The notes under the pieces: model-generated
What the model saw: only the letters and a program-made list of their open reading frames with translations
Told to the model about the DNA's origin: nothing
Databases searched by the model: none
Sequence record: NC_047880.1
DNA: 64,000 nucleotides
Strand: one strand, 5' to 3'
Translations under genes and position numbers: made by a program
Shown here: positions 9,495 to 20,200 of the stretch, in pieces
How positions within the stretch are numbered: the stretch's first letter is position 1
Layout: every line of letters begins with the position of its first letter

Positions 9495-10351
9495 GTCCAG
9501 TTATTCGGGCTTGTTGATGGGTTTAGCATCAGCTTTAAGCCTTCGAGGGTTTGTTCCAGAGATTTGCGGTACTGTTCATCAGCAACGCTCTCTCCGTATC
9601 GTAACGCAAGACAGAATAACTGCCATTCGGATGTACCGCGTAGTTCTTCGATTTGAAGTCTAAGCTGTTCACGTCGTTGGCGAGCCATCATCAAGCGCTC
9701 TATTAAATTAACTACACTGTGCGCTTTGGCAAAAACTTTTATGTGAATTTCTTCAAGAAGATCGTAGTTCAAATCATCCATAGCTTTTCGGGCTTCGATG
9801 AACAAACGGTTACGTTCTGCACGCACATCTTTAGGGAGGTGACGGCACTTGTCTGGATGTGTACCACGAGCGATAGCACGATACACATTACCACAACGTC
9901 TATTCAAATCCATTGCAGCTAGAATACCGTCAACAACTTCGCTATCCGCATCACCTTCGTTGTCTTGAGTCTCATGCTCAGTATCAGGCAGAAGTGCGTC
10001 CATAGCTTTCTTGCGTTCTTCTGCTTCAAGCTGGTCTTCAAGATCATCTGACTTGGCCTGCTCTTCCTGTTTCGCTATCAGGTCTGCATGAAGGCGCTCG
10101 ATAGAAGCAATCAGAGGTGCGTTCGATACGTTCAGCTTTTTAATCAGAGTTTCACAGCGCTCTGTATCAGAAGCAAGGCGCATCTCCAGAGAAGCAACCT
10201 GACGTTGTACCTCTTCGAAGTTATCTTGAGCAGACTCCGCATCGTCTGCGCTATACTCAATTTCTTCGACGTTATCCTGTGCAGCAACTTCCGTGTTGTC
10301 GTGCTTCACTAGCGACTGGCCAGTAACAACCATTAGCTCTGTGTTGGGCAT
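9485..10351 (-). CDS. Coiled-coil protein with a J-domain-like (HPD) segment
   Basis: YRAIARGTHPDKC...RNRLFIEARKAM matches J-domain helix II-HPD-helix III. Confidence 0.65.
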   Translation of the reverse strand: MPNTELMVVTGQSLVKHDNTEVAAQDNVEEIEYSADDAESAQDNFEEVQRQVASLEMRLASDTERCETLIKKLNVSNAPLIASIERLHADLIAKQEEQAKSDDLEDQLEAEERKKAMDALLPDTEHETQDNEGDADSEVVDGILAAMDLNRRCGNVYRAIARGTHPDKCRHLPKDVRAERNRLFIEARKAMDDLNYDLLEEIHIKVFAKAHSVVNLIERLMMARQRREQLRLQIEELRGTSEWQLFCLALRYGESVADEQYRKSLEQTLEGLKLMLNPSTSPNNWTWS

Positions 10352-10542
10352 GGGCGCGTAAGCTCCGAGATAGGTTTAGCGAGCAACTCAAGGAGTCGTG
10401 GCGGACAGGTTGGGTTGCGTTTCAAGTTCTTATGCAACCATTGCAGATTAGAACCAGATGCAGTTACCTCAGAGCGAAAGCTGGGTAACTTCAAGTCCTT
10501 ACTCTGTTTGGCCAGCAACGCATTGAGTTCGTTCAGTAGCAT
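10333..10542 (-). CDS. Hypothetical protein
   Basis: ORF in operon context; RBS AAGGA. Confidence 0.65.
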   Translation of the reverse strand: MLLNELNALLAKQSKDLKLPSFRSEVTASGSNLQWLHKNLKRNPTCPPRLLELLAKPISELTRPCPTQS

Positions 10543-10552
10543 GATTGTTCCT

Positions 10553-11179
10553 TTATAAAGTCATGAGGTCGAGGATGTTTGATACAACGTGTGTTGGTCC
10601 AATCGAGATACCCGCTTGAACAGGCAGATGCACACGCTTAGTAAATAGTTCCATCGGGTCAAGGCCACCGCCTGTGACAACGATGCGAGGAATCTTCGGG
10701 AACATCTCAAGAATATCACGCAGTCTTTCGACCTTGTACGATGTACTCTCAAGGGTTACATTGGATATTACTAATAACGACGGTCGCTTGCTTTTGAGTT
10801 GTTCATAGTCGAAGCGATCTCCGTACAGCGTAACCCAGCGAGGTTTGAGTGCAGTCGTCGCACTGTCTTCTACAGCCGAGTTAAAGATATTCAGTGCAGC
10901 CATCTTAGCGCGGGCATCAGATGGGAAACTGCTTATCACAGTGATTCGTGGATCAGAACCGAACGGGTTTGTGATCATTTGAGCTAGGTGTCGAAGCTGT
11001 TTGGTCTTCGAAAACACTTTACCCTTGAAGTACGGAGAGAGCGGCTTGAAATCTTGAGCGGCTTCTTCAATCACGTACTCGTCTTTCTTTCCATACAGCA
11101 GTTGAGGGTCTACACCCAACGTCTGCATTTGCTTGGCCACATCTGGTTCAAAGTTGAAAGTTAACACTATACCCTCCAT
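10553..11179 (-). CDS. Degenerate DnaC/IstB-like AAA+ protein (probably inactive)
   Basis: ITVISSFPSDARAKMAA at the Walker A position, LLVISNV at Walker B, PRIVVTG at sensor 1; first gene after a CTGTAAATA motif. Confidence 0.5.
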   Translation of the reverse strand: MEGIVLTFNFEPDVAKQMQTLGVDPQLLYGKKDEYVIEEAAQDFKPLSPYFKGKVFSKTKQLRHLAQMITNPFGSDPRITVISSFPSDARAKMAALNIFNSAVEDSATTALKPRWVTLYGDRFDYEQLKSKRPSLLVISNVTLESTSYKVERLRDILEMFPKIPRIVVTGGGLDPMELFTKRVHLPVQAGISIGPTHVVSNILDLMTL

Positions 11180-11193
11180 ATGTTTCTATCAGC

Positions 11194-11202
11194 TATTTAC
11201 AG
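11194..11202 (-). promoter_or_regulatory. Class-B promoter-like motif CTGTAAATA
   Basis: Intergenic before 10553..11179. Confidence 0.7.
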
Positions 11203-11218
11203 TTTTAGCAGCAGAAGG

Positions 11219-11248
11219 TAAAAGAGCCGGACCGAAGCCCAGCTCTTA
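11219..11248 (-). terminator. Intrinsic terminator
   Basis: AAGAGCTGGGC-TTCG-GTCCGGCTCTTTT. Confidence 0.75.
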
Positions 11249-11254
11249 GTGTCA

Positions 11255-11626
11255 TTACATCAGAGCCAGTTCAGGGTCAATGTACGTGTATTTGAACACG
11301 ACAATAAATCCTGATGGTACTGAACTTGTAGGCATGATCTGATAACCGTAAAGCATGAACTTGCCTTTGGTATCAGGTTCGAGCAGCGGGTTGAATTCGA
11401 GATAAGAAGGTTCGAGCTTCAACTTCTCTGCGATATCAAGGGCCCAGCCATCGAAATCATAATCGGTATCAGGTACTTCCCACGAGATGGAGTACTTGTT
11501 CCAATGTTCTGCCTGCATGTCTGTATCTTTTGAGATCCAGATAAGATTATCGTATCCCAGATGATAGCAGATAGCGTTAGCCAGACCACGTTCGTTCATG
11601 TGGCGCTGTAATTGATCTAAACGCAT
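11255..11626 (-). CDS. Hypothetical protein
   Basis: RBS AAGGAG before MRLDQL; followed by a terminator. Confidence 0.7.
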   Translation of the reverse strand: MRLDQLQRHMNERGLANAICYHLGYDNLIWISKDTDMQAEHWNKYSISWEVPDTDYDFDGWALDIAEKLKLEPSYLEFNPLLEPDTKGKFMLYGYQIMPTSSVPSGFIVVFKYTYIDPELALM

Positions 11627-11631
11627 TCGAG

Positions 11632-11922
11632 TTACTCCTTTGTGCGTTGTGGTGCAGCTACCATAATGACTCTGGTAGAAGAACCCTCTGCATGATTTGT
11701 AACTGAGCACAGGTCAATGCGCTTGCTGCCTAATGTTTTGGACAGCAGCGTTGCAACGATAGCAGACGCAGACATAGGGTGCGTGAAGTTAGACACAACA
11801 CCCTCGACAGTCTGTACATCTACCAGTTCCGATTGCTCTGCAAACTCAATCACAATTCCTGCGCGTGTTGCCTCTGCCTTGATATCATCCATGGTAAGGC
11901 TTTGGGGTAAACGCTCTTTCAT
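11632..11922 (-). CDS. Hypothetical protein
   Basis: RBS GGAG before MKERL; tight packing. Confidence 0.65.
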   Translation of the reverse strand: MKERLPQSLTMDDIKAEATRAGIVIEFAEQSELVDVQTVEGVVSNFTHPMSASAIVATLLSKTLGSKRIDLCSVTNHAEGSSTRVIMVAAPQRTKE

Positions 11923-11961
11923 GTTTAACTCCATATAGACTGCAAAGAGACAGACTATAAA

Positions 11962-12387
11962 TTAGTTGCTGAGTCCCTTTAACAGCGCATTCACGCTTTC
12001 GATAAAGATCGTTTGCTTTTCAGGAGGCAGCGTACGGAAGTTTGCCAGAGCATCGTCAACAAACGTCTCAGGCACAGGCTGAGGTTCTACAGCTTCAACA
12101 GGTGCAGTAACGCGAAGCTTGAACGTGCCGTTAAACACATGGCCGTACGCCAGACGGTTACGAACAGAGTTCAGGTCAGAGATAGACTCGATAACGAAAC
12201 CGTTAGGGAACGCAGCGAAGATTTCTGACAGATCGATAACGGCTTTATTGTCCGGCGCAGGGGCCTTCGCTTCGAAGTGAACAGTGTATTCAATACCGTA
12301 CGAATCATCTTTCTGTTGGTGGCTGAAAGTAACTTTTTCAGTTGCAGATAATGTTTCGTAGAGAAATGTTATCAACGAATCTGACAT
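11962..12387 (-). CDS. Hypothetical protein
   Basis: ORF with RBS GAGG, operon context. Confidence 0.7.
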   Translation of the reverse strand: MSDSLITFLYETLSATEKVTFSHQQKDDSYGIEYTVHFEAKAPAPDNKAVIDLSEIFAAFPNGFVIESISDLNSVRNRLAYGHVFNGTFKLRVTAPVEAVEPQPVPETFVDDALANFRTLPPEKQTIFIESVNALLKGLSN

Positions 12388-12394
12388 ATAGACC

Positions 12395-12910
12395 TCAATT
12401 GGATTTTAGATTGTCGCACAGCATCCGAGTGAATTGTTCGAAGTTGATGCGCTTGAGTTCTGACAGCTCGGACCACGCAGGGAGCTTAGGGTCATGAGCC
12501 ATGAAACTTAGATACAGAGTAGGTGCGGACGTGCGTTCTGCTATCGGCTTTTTCACACGGGCGCACGTAGAGATAACACATCCACGAAGAATGAAGCCCT
12601 GATTAGGAAGGTCTTTGATACGGGGCTCGACGTGATCAATTGAATGAAGCATCAGATACTCACCGAACTCCTGACGCAACTCACTCATATTCAGGATGCG
12701 ATGCACGATATCCGAGACACATACACGTCCCGCACACGAACCCATATCGGTTGTAGCGATAGGAATATCCACTTTACGAGGGCTGCTGACAGACAGGTAG
12801 TTTTCATTTGACGAATTAATAAAGAAGACTGTCAGGTAATTAACATCAGCCAAATTCGGCAGGAGATATCTGTCGAGCACCTCTTGGACGTCAATAGGTT
12901 GGGCTCTCAT
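12395..12910 (-). CDS. Hypothetical protein
   Basis: TAATG stop/start overlap with the upstream gene. Confidence 0.7.
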   Translation of the reverse strand: MRAQPIDVQEVLDRYLLPNLADVNYLTVFFINSSNENYLSVSSPRKVDIPIATTDMGSCAGRVCVSDIVHRILNMSELRQEFGEYLMLHSIDHVEPRIKDLPNQGFILRGCVISTCARVKKPIAERTSAPTLYLSFMAHDPKLPAWSELSELKRINFEQFTRMLCDNLKSN

Positions 12911-13197
12911 TAGAGTAGCCCTTGGTCGAAGCACTGAATCACAGTGAAGTTGATTTCCATATCACTGTGATTAACAGGGCTGCCCGGATAGAAAGTGACT
13001 GCACCTGTAGTCTCAACGTCTGTGATTACGCACACGTCTTTCAGCAGCATGAAACCTAAGTCCAAATCGAACTTAGTTTCAGGCAGTGCTGCGTCAAACA
13101 CATGACAATTAACAGCAGCACTGTGATGATCCATCAGAATCTTATGCAGACTCTGACTGAAAGGAATCTTGTGTTGTGTCTGAATAGTTCGCATCAA
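12910..13197 (-). CDS. Hypothetical protein
   Basis: RBS GAGGAG; overlaps the helicase stop. Confidence 0.65.
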   Translation of the reverse strand: MMRTIQTQHKIPFSQSLHKILMDHHSAAVNCHVFDAALPETKFDLDLGFMLLKDVCVITDVETTGAVTFYPGSPVNHSDMEINFTVIQCFDQGLL

Positions 13198-14792
13198 AAT
13201 CTCCTCAAGCCTAAGTTAGACGGGAGTCCTTTCTTAGGCGCTTCGGGTTCGAAGTAGTCTGGGAGTTCTGCGGACATTGCTTCGTCTCGCGCTACAACGC
13301 CCATCCAATCTCGAAGTTTCTTCGGAGTACGTTTCGCTTTACCATAACCAAACTTCCAGCACATCTTGAGAACAGACCGAGCACACTGCATCGACTTGTC
13401 CATGTTCTCGTCAATGAACATACGAATGACAGGCGTTCGCTTGTTATCCATAGGAGTTAGAATACGACACGATTCCTGTTTCCAGTTCGGTTCGTTATTC
13501 ATAGGCATGATATAGTACAACGTATCCCACTTAGGTACGTTCAGGCCACGCTGCATCAGTCGGCGCATACCAACTACACAACGAATCTTACCTGCACGTG
13601 CATCGTCGATGATTTGCTTACGACGTTTCGCGTGACCACCACCAAGGAACACGGAAGCAATCTCTTCTCCGTAGTGTTCATTGATACGACGCACAAGTTT
13701 CTGTGCTTGGTCAGTAAACATGATCGGAATCGCAATCGAACGACCAGCATCGAGATCTTTGATAATCCATTCGAAGATCTTATCGTTACGGTCTGGATGT
13801 GCTGCAAGGAATTTACAGAAGCGTACCCAACCGCTCTTGTTATTGTAGTTCGCTTTCGTTTGAACCAACTTACTCGTCTTATGCAGCGTGACTTTCGGTA
13901 CGAGTTCTTCAACGAAGGCTTCTGCAACAACAGGGCCGATGATTGACGTGATCAGATAATCACGTTTGTCCTTACGCCACGGTGTTGCTGTCAGACCAAA
14001 GCGATACTTCATCTTTAGACTGGCGAGTGTCTGACTATAACACTGCGCACCACCAGCGTGGACTTCATCAATGAACAGCGTTCCGTAGTTCTTGTTCAAC
14101 AGCTTGAGGCGCTGCTTGGAAGTTTTGCTGTCACTGATCAACGACTGATAAGTAACGAGAATAATCTGGAAGTTCTCGTAGTCATCGAGTGTCTTCGGGA
14201 ACCCGTATAACTTCTTGCCGTACTTCTCTTCAAGTTCAGGCAAGTTAGTCATTTGCTCAATCGTCTCTAAGAAACCATCGAGGAAGTCTTTCTGGTCAGC
14301 CATGATGATTGTGCGGAAACCAGAGTGACAAGCGCCAGCAGTACCGATGACTGTTTTACCAGAACGAGGAGGTGCTTTAAACACACCACACAATTCACCG
14401 AAGAGATCTTTAAACGGTTGTTGCTGATAATCACGAAGCGAGCCTGTGAACTTCACTTTATAATCAAACGGCACACGACTCGTACCGTTGATGAACTTCA
14501 CTTCTGACAGGTCAAGACCAGAAGTCTTTTCGAAGCGGTGCATCTCACCGTACGGAATTGATACATAGCGCTTGCCTTTGATTTCAGAATACTTGGCGAG
14601 CACTGTGATATCGAGAAGACCGCCCTTAGAACAAGAGCGACATTCCGTAGATGGTCTAATGGAACGAAACTCGCAACCCTTACAGGCTGCGTTATCGAAC
14701 TCATAATGCGTCATCTTCTTTATGATGTTGTCAGCGTCCACACACTTCACTGGAATATGCAGACGGCTGTCGACCAGTACTTTGGCTGTCAC
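13194..14792 (-). CDS. uvsW: Superfamily-2 (UvsW-like) DNA helicase with an N-terminal CxxC-CxxC
   Basis: APPRSGKT (I), FIDEVH (II), GLTATP (III), RGLNVP (V), QESCRILT (VI). Confidence 0.85.
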   Translation of the reverse strand: MTAKVLVDSRLHIPVKCVDADNIIKKMTHYEFDNAACKGCEFRSIRPSTECRSCSKGGLLDITVLAKYSEIKGKRYVSIPYGEMHRFEKTSGLDLSEVKFINGTSRVPFDYKVKFTGSLRDYQQQPFKDLFGELCGVFKAPPRSGKTVIGTAGACHSGFRTIIMADQKDFLDGFLETIEQMTNLPELEEKYGKKLYGFPKTLDDYENFQIILVTYQSLISDSKTSKQRLKLLNKNYGTLFIDEVHAGGAQCYSQTLASLKMKYRFGLTATPWRKDKRDYLITSIIGPVVAEAFVEELVPKVTLHKTSKLVQTKANYNNKSGWVRFCKFLAAHPDRNDKIFEWIIKDLDAGRSIAIPIMFTDQAQKLVRRINEHYGEEIASVFLGGGHAKRRKQIIDDARAGKIRCVVGMRRLMQRGLNVPKWDTLYYIMPMNNEPNWKQESCRILTPMDNKRTPVIRMFIDENMDKSMQCARSVLKMCWKFGYGKAKRTPKKLRDWMGVVARDEAMSAELPDYFEPEAPKKGLPSNLGLRRF

Positions 14793-14794
14793 AT

Positions 14795-15343
14795 CTATTT
14801 CCTTGAGTTCGGCAGTCCGTACTCACGCTGATTGATAAGACCAAGAGTATCAACAAGCGCACGGTATGCAAACCCGCACTTATCAATATCTTTAATGTAC
14901 AAATCAAGTTCTTCAAGAAGCATCTGCAACTGATCAGCGTAGCGGTAGTATTCGGCCATTATGTTTCTGATACAGCGCTCACGTTCTTTCGCAGCGCCGA
15001 TGGATTTCAGATCTTTTGCATATTCAACCGACGCATAATCTTGAAAACGCTCCAGCATATCTTTTAACAGTTTTGAGGCTGCACTGACATGGGTAATGAT
15101 TTCAGTCATGCGTGATCGATACGACTGATCTTGAATTATCGACTCTGCTACTTTGCTCAGTGCGTTAGGGTCAGATATGTTTAACGTTCGGACCTTACGC
15201 ATCTTGAACAGTTTACGCGCTTCTTCCTGATACTCACCAAGCGGCATCTGAAACAATGAGTTGGTTTTATAAATATCACGGAGCTTCGCGTAGCGCTTGT
15301 TCGCTCTTACTTTCAATCGAATGCGTTTTAAGTCATCCATCAT
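14795..15343 (-). CDS. Putative UvsY-like recombination mediator
   Basis: Helical protein whose C-terminus LLEELDLYIKDIDKCGFAYRALVD resembles the T4 UvsY C-terminus as recalled (LLDFCSGALDAIKSRGFAIKHIQD); adjacent to the UvsW-like gene. Confidence 0.5.
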   Translation of the reverse strand: MMDDLKRIRLKVRANKRYAKLRDIYKTNSLFQMPLGEYQEEARKLFKMRKVRTLNISDPNALSKVAESIIQDQSYRSRMTEIITHVSAASKLLKDMLERFQDYASVEYAKDLKSIGAAKERERCIRNIMAEYYRYADQLQMLLEELDLYIKDIDKCGFAYRALVDTLGLINQREYGLPNSRK

Positions 15344-15774
15344 TCACCCCTGTCAGTCACAAGCAACGGACTGCTCAGTGTTTTGTTAGGGAGAGCGAAG
15401 AACGAACCATGATCGTCTCGATACACTAAAATCCCACCAGAGTGAGATTCAGTTGGGCATGTGAAGTTGAACAGCTTTTCGAGAGGAGGCATATAGCCTA
15501 CAGACACATCATTGAACGTGCACCACTTGGCGGATACTTCCAGCATAGAACCTACAACGGTATCAGCCAGACGCAGGTACGATTGTTTGAAGTGATAGCT
15601 GTGTTCAATCGGTGCAACACTGTCTATGATCAATTCATTACCGTACACTGCTTTATAAACAATGATAAAGCGACGACGCCCACGAGGAGCATCGTTTATT
15701 TCATACAGAACATCGTGTATGAGTGAGGAGACGTCCCCGACAAGGACGTTCTTCTTAACTTTCAGATCATTCAC
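15340..15774 (-). CDS. Hypothetical protein
   Basis: ATGA overlaps on both sides. Confidence 0.7.
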   Translation of the reverse strand: MNDLKVKKNVLVGDVSSLIHDVLYEINDAPRGRRRFIIVYKAVYGNELIIDSVAPIEHSYHFKQSYLRLADTVVGSMLEVSAKWCTFNDVSVGYMPPLEKLFNFTCPTESHSGGILVYRDDHGSFFALPNKTLSSPLLVTDRGE

Positions 15775-16949
15775 GCTGGCAGGTAACCGAAGTACAACAG
15801 GCTGTACGCATCGAACTTATAGTTCAGGCTGAATGCGTTCAGTTGATTGATACTTGAACCGTGGAAACCCATCGCATGACGTTCTTCACGACCGATAGAC
15901 TTCAACAGTTCACGCATAATACGCAGATCGAGGTTCGCAGTCAGTTCACGCTCTACAGGTTTAGCCAGAGTCAAACTATCTTGCACACTACCGCTATCGT
16001 TTCCGAATTTGAGTCTAAACTCTTTCTTCTTCAACAACAGCTTGGCGTTCGTGTTACCCTTCTTCTCAATCAGCGTTGAGATGTTAGCGAACGGTGCTGA
16101 CAGATCCCCTTTGACAACACAACCCATCAACGGTTTACCGAGTTGAGCCAACATGTTGTCCATGTAGCGATAGTCTTCGTCCGATGCTTGAATCGGAGGC
16201 AGAGTAAGTACGAACGTATCGGACTCGGCAGCGAACGCTGTGCTGTCCACATGGAACGTTACTTTCTCTTCACCACAGAAGCGATAAATCAGATCGAACA
16301 TCTCACCGGTCAAAGAGAAGCGGAAAGGTTCTGCTTTCTTCTTCAACTCACCTTTGTAACGAGATGAAGTCCAATGACCAGGGCTGATGATGCTTACGCT
16401 CTTACCATCACACACAACACGGCAGATGATCGACTGGTTCGTGATCGTATCTTTCAAGCGAGTAAGACGCACACCCTGAGTCAGACAGTCGATTACTTCA
16501 CGAGCCATCGGATGACCACCTTCAAGATGGTGACGCAGACCGGTTTCAACCATCGGTATCTGTTCGTCAGACACTGGACGGAGTTTGATAACTGATTTGT
16601 ACTTGCCGCTCACTTCGTTGATGTTCAACTCTTTACCTGTGAACTCAACGGTCAGCTCTTTACGTTTGTTGATCAGACCGGTCAACTGAACAGGGTCGAT
16701 GTTGATGATCGTATCGCTGTCGGCAGTTGCATTAGGAACCAGATAAGCAACGAACGTATCTGGTGTACGACCGAGAATAAACACATCGGACTTGTACGTC
16801 ACCAGAAGATGGATGTGCGTCAGTTTATCGGCAGACTCAGAGAAACGAGTGACGCTATCGACACGCTTTAAGATATCAGACAGGATAGTACCTGTCAGAG
16901 TTATGTTGCATTGTTTCGCTGGTGATTTAGGCAGTCGGCAAGTCTTCAT
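15771..16949 (-). CDS. dnaN: DNA polymerase sliding clamp, beta-subunit-like
   Basis: 392 aa with a three-fold alpha/beta pattern; N-terminal L..IL..V.....F...DKLTHIHLL and C-terminal ELTANLDLRIMRELLKSI resemble DnaN; in the polymerase operon. Confidence 0.6.
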   Translation of the reverse strand: MKTCRLPKSPAKQCNITLTGTILSDILKRVDSVTRFSESADKLTHIHLLVTYKSDVFILGRTPDTFVAYLVPNATADSDTIINIDPVQLTGLINKRKELTVEFTGKELNINEVSGKYKSVIKLRPVSDEQIPMVETGLRHHLEGGHPMAREVIDCLTQGVRLTRLKDTITNQSIICRVVCDGKSVSIISPGHWTSSRYKGELKKKAEPFRFSLTGEMFDLIYRFCGEEKVTFHVDSTAFAAESDTFVLTLPPIQASDEDYRYMDNMLAQLGKPLMGCVVKGDLSAPFANISTLIEKKGNTNAKLLLKKKEFRLKFGNDSGSVQDSLTLAKPVERELTANLDLRIMRELLKSIGREERHAMGFHGSSINQLNAFSLNYKFDAYSLLYFGYLPA

Positions 16950-17214
16950 CTCTGTCCTCTAAAACGAATTGTAGTATACCCTCTACATTTACAGCCTTTA
17001 ATCTCTTCGAGGTAGGCATAAGCATACCGTTGAGAAGGCCAAGCAAGTCTGCACTGTGGCAGTCAGGTGCAATCTGGTGAACGTAGATATCTTCGGGAAT
17101 ATCCTGAGGGTTAAGCTGCCAAGCAGTACGCAAGGCAGCACCCATGAAAGCAGGACGTTCCACCAAATGTCTGTTCAAGAAAGAACAAATGTCTTCGGCG
17201 GTTAGTGCTGTCAT
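16927..17214 (-). CDS. Conserved phage hypothetical protein
   Basis: ORF between the polymerase and clamp genes; LLGLLNG motif. Confidence 0.65.
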   Translation of the reverse strand: MTALTAEDICSFLNRHLVERPAFMGAALRTAWQLNPQDIPEDIYVHQIAPDCHSADLLGLLNGMLMPTSKRLKAVNVEGILQFVLEDRDEDLPTA

Positions 17215-20200
17215 TTCTTCGTTATACCCTTCAACGCTGATTTAAGAAGCTTACTGCTGATTTTGATTTTCTTCTTAGCACCATCAACAGAAGCCGCTGC
17301 TTTCTTCGCTGCTTCTTCTGCTTCGTACTTCTCAAACATTTTTGTGTTCTTCGGCAATTCTTTCTGCCAAAGCTCGATGTTCTTTTTGTCTTTGTTGGTT
17401 AGCGGATTCACTTTAGACATTGAACGGATCTTAATGTTGTTTGCCCAAAGTTGTTTCTGCATCCAGTCAGACATGAGGTGATACTGATCTTCCATAATGC
17501 TATCAGTTGTCGCCTCTACATCGAGGTCAGGTTCATTCAGTTCATCACGCTTGATGATCAGACCATTCGTAATCAGCTTGCGTAAGTTTGTGAATGAGAA
17601 GTCCCAACCTTTAACGTCTTTCTCGGTAGCACCGATTTCGAAGTCGATTTCAGGTACGGAAGTAAATTCAAATCCAGGATGACGTTGCTGTACGACTTCG
17701 ACCACTGCGCTTGTCATGGCTCGTTCGATCATATCGAGTGCGAGGAATATCCACTTGTAGTCACAGTCAACGGTCAAGGAGTCATGTACAGATACGTTCA
17801 TATCGAAGTCAGGATATTCTCCATGCGACTTCCAGTATTCATATTTCATTCGGTCGAGAATACGAATCGCGGACATCATCAAGTCTGAACCGAAGCCCTG
17901 CACTGGACTGTTTACCGCACGTCTATCACACGCAGCATGAACGATGTTCGATTCTTTGTGCGACTCAGGAAGCATGAAGCCCCACAAGTGACGACGACGA
18001 CCAACTGGTGATTCAACGAAAAAGTTCTCATGAGCAAACTTCTTAATCTTATCAAACCATTTCAATCCGATAGGGAATCTGTCGAGGAACTTACTCTTGA
18101 TCTCGACGATCTCTTTCACATCACGACCAGTAGACTTCGCAAGACCTTTATCACCCTGCTGATAAATCAAGCCGAAGATAACTGTCTTAACCGCGTTACG
18201 AATCGCTTTCGTAACTTCCATCACAGGGATACCGAAGAAGTATGCGGCGTTAATCTTATGCACGTCCCCTTCGACTTCTACCAAGTGACTAATCCATGGA
18301 TCTGGAACAGTACGATAACGATGGCGAAGTTTACGACCTTGTTCGAATACGTCAGCAACGCCTTGGTCACCTGAGATGATAGACCAGCCCCTTACTTCGT
18401 GGGCTGAGTAGTCGACCTTGATAAGTAAACGGTTCTTACGCGAGATAAGAATACGCTTGATCAACTTACCCATCTCACTACGACTCGGCACCTGCTGTAA
18501 GTTCGGGTCAGATGCAGATGTACGACCTGTCACAACTTTCAGATAGCTGTACGTTGGTCGAATCGATCTGTCGTGTCTAAAGTCATCGGATGTTCCCCAC
18601 AACTTCAACAGGCTGTTAACGTAGGCGTTCTTGAGTTTGTACGCTTTACCCAGCTTCGTGTACAGTGCAACAATCGTAACGTCTGCATACGCTGCTTGGA
18701 AGTCTTTGTCGAGCTTACCAGCTTTCTTACCGTTCTCACGTACTTGGCTGTCGCTCTCTTTAAGAGGCTTGAGCTTCATCACGTCAAAGAACAGGACTTG
18801 CTTGTGCTCGGACTTGGACATATCAAACTTCGTTACTTCGACAGCGCCCATAAGACCCATCTTAGGAACATTGTCGTCAACGCAGATTGCTTTGTTTGCA
18901 GCGCGTACCTCAGGACTCGACATGAACTCACGCTCAACGTTTCGAATCTCTTCATTGATTGGACTGTTAGGCAAGTTCAGCTTAAACAGGTAATCAATGT
19001 CAGCGCCAGCACCTGTTACTTCCAGAATACTAAACGCATGGATCTGGTCAGAGATTTGTTCACGCACCATCGACTCATACTTCTTGTACTTAATGTCTCT
19101 GGCTCGTTGAATCTGTTTCTCTGTAATACGGAATGGAATGATAACGTCGAGGCCAGCATATTCCTGCACGTTTTCATCAAGTTCAACGTCAGCAATGGTT
19201 GCTCGCATCTCTTTACCGAACGACACTTCGTGATAGACAGTACACCCGTACTGCATCGTGAGGTTCGCTAAGTTGTAATAACCTTGACCGGTAACAGACA
19301 GCAGGGACTTGGCGTTTTCGTCAAAGGCAAACTCACCTGCTTGAATATCCCACACGTCGGCAGCATAACTACGAATGCCGAAGTTAGATCGCATAACGTT
19401 CAGGTCGAACTTCGCGTTTGTATAGATCTGATAATCGTTTTCGTTCTCTTCGAAGTAGTCACGAAACATCTCTTTGATCTTGCGCAGTTCTTTCGGGCTG
19501 AACGGACTGTCCTTGTGATACACAGGAATCACATACGCTTTCTTGCCATCGTCCGATAACTGCACCGTCAAGATTTTATTCTTGATACGATTCAGGTTCT
19601 CGGTTTCTGTATCGACTGCAACCTTCTTGGCGCGCTTCATACGCTTCAAGATCTTTTCGAGTTGCTTGACCTTCGTTACATACACGAGGTCCCAGTTACG
19701 CTTCTTACCACACGTCACTGTGTCGATCTTATACTTCATCCCCTTGTTGAGCCAAGGCAACATCCAACGACTCATATAACCAATCGTATACGATGATGCA
19801 CTGATAAGGCCAGGGTTCAGTACGATGTTATAGCTAACGTTAGGCAAGTGGATGAAGCTGTGCTTACGACCATCTGCTTTTACTTTAGTTGGAATCTCAA
19901 CACCGTACCAGTGTTCATAGTGCTCTTTCGAGAACTGAATCTTTTCGTTGTTCAAGGCTTTGAACGGAGCCTTACCAAAAGTCAGAACATAGTCTGGCTT
20001 ATAGTCAACGATGATTCCTTTCAGACGTTCTGCAAATGCTGCGTCTGCATCGTCTTTATACTGCTCGGTCTTCTCATACGTCTTAAACATGTTGTATGAA
20101 ATAACCAAGAAGTTCCAATCATCCAGAGTAGTCTTGGTGCGAAATACATCTTCAAGATACTGAACCTGATTCAGGAATAACTCACCCTCAGTCGAACTGA

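Noticed and set aside
18573-19271. Long plus-strand ORFs opposite polA, SNF2, sbcC and others (e.g. 25059..25709, 46121..46978)
   Set aside because: Shadow ORFs produced by codon bias on the coding strand; they fully overlap well-supported genes
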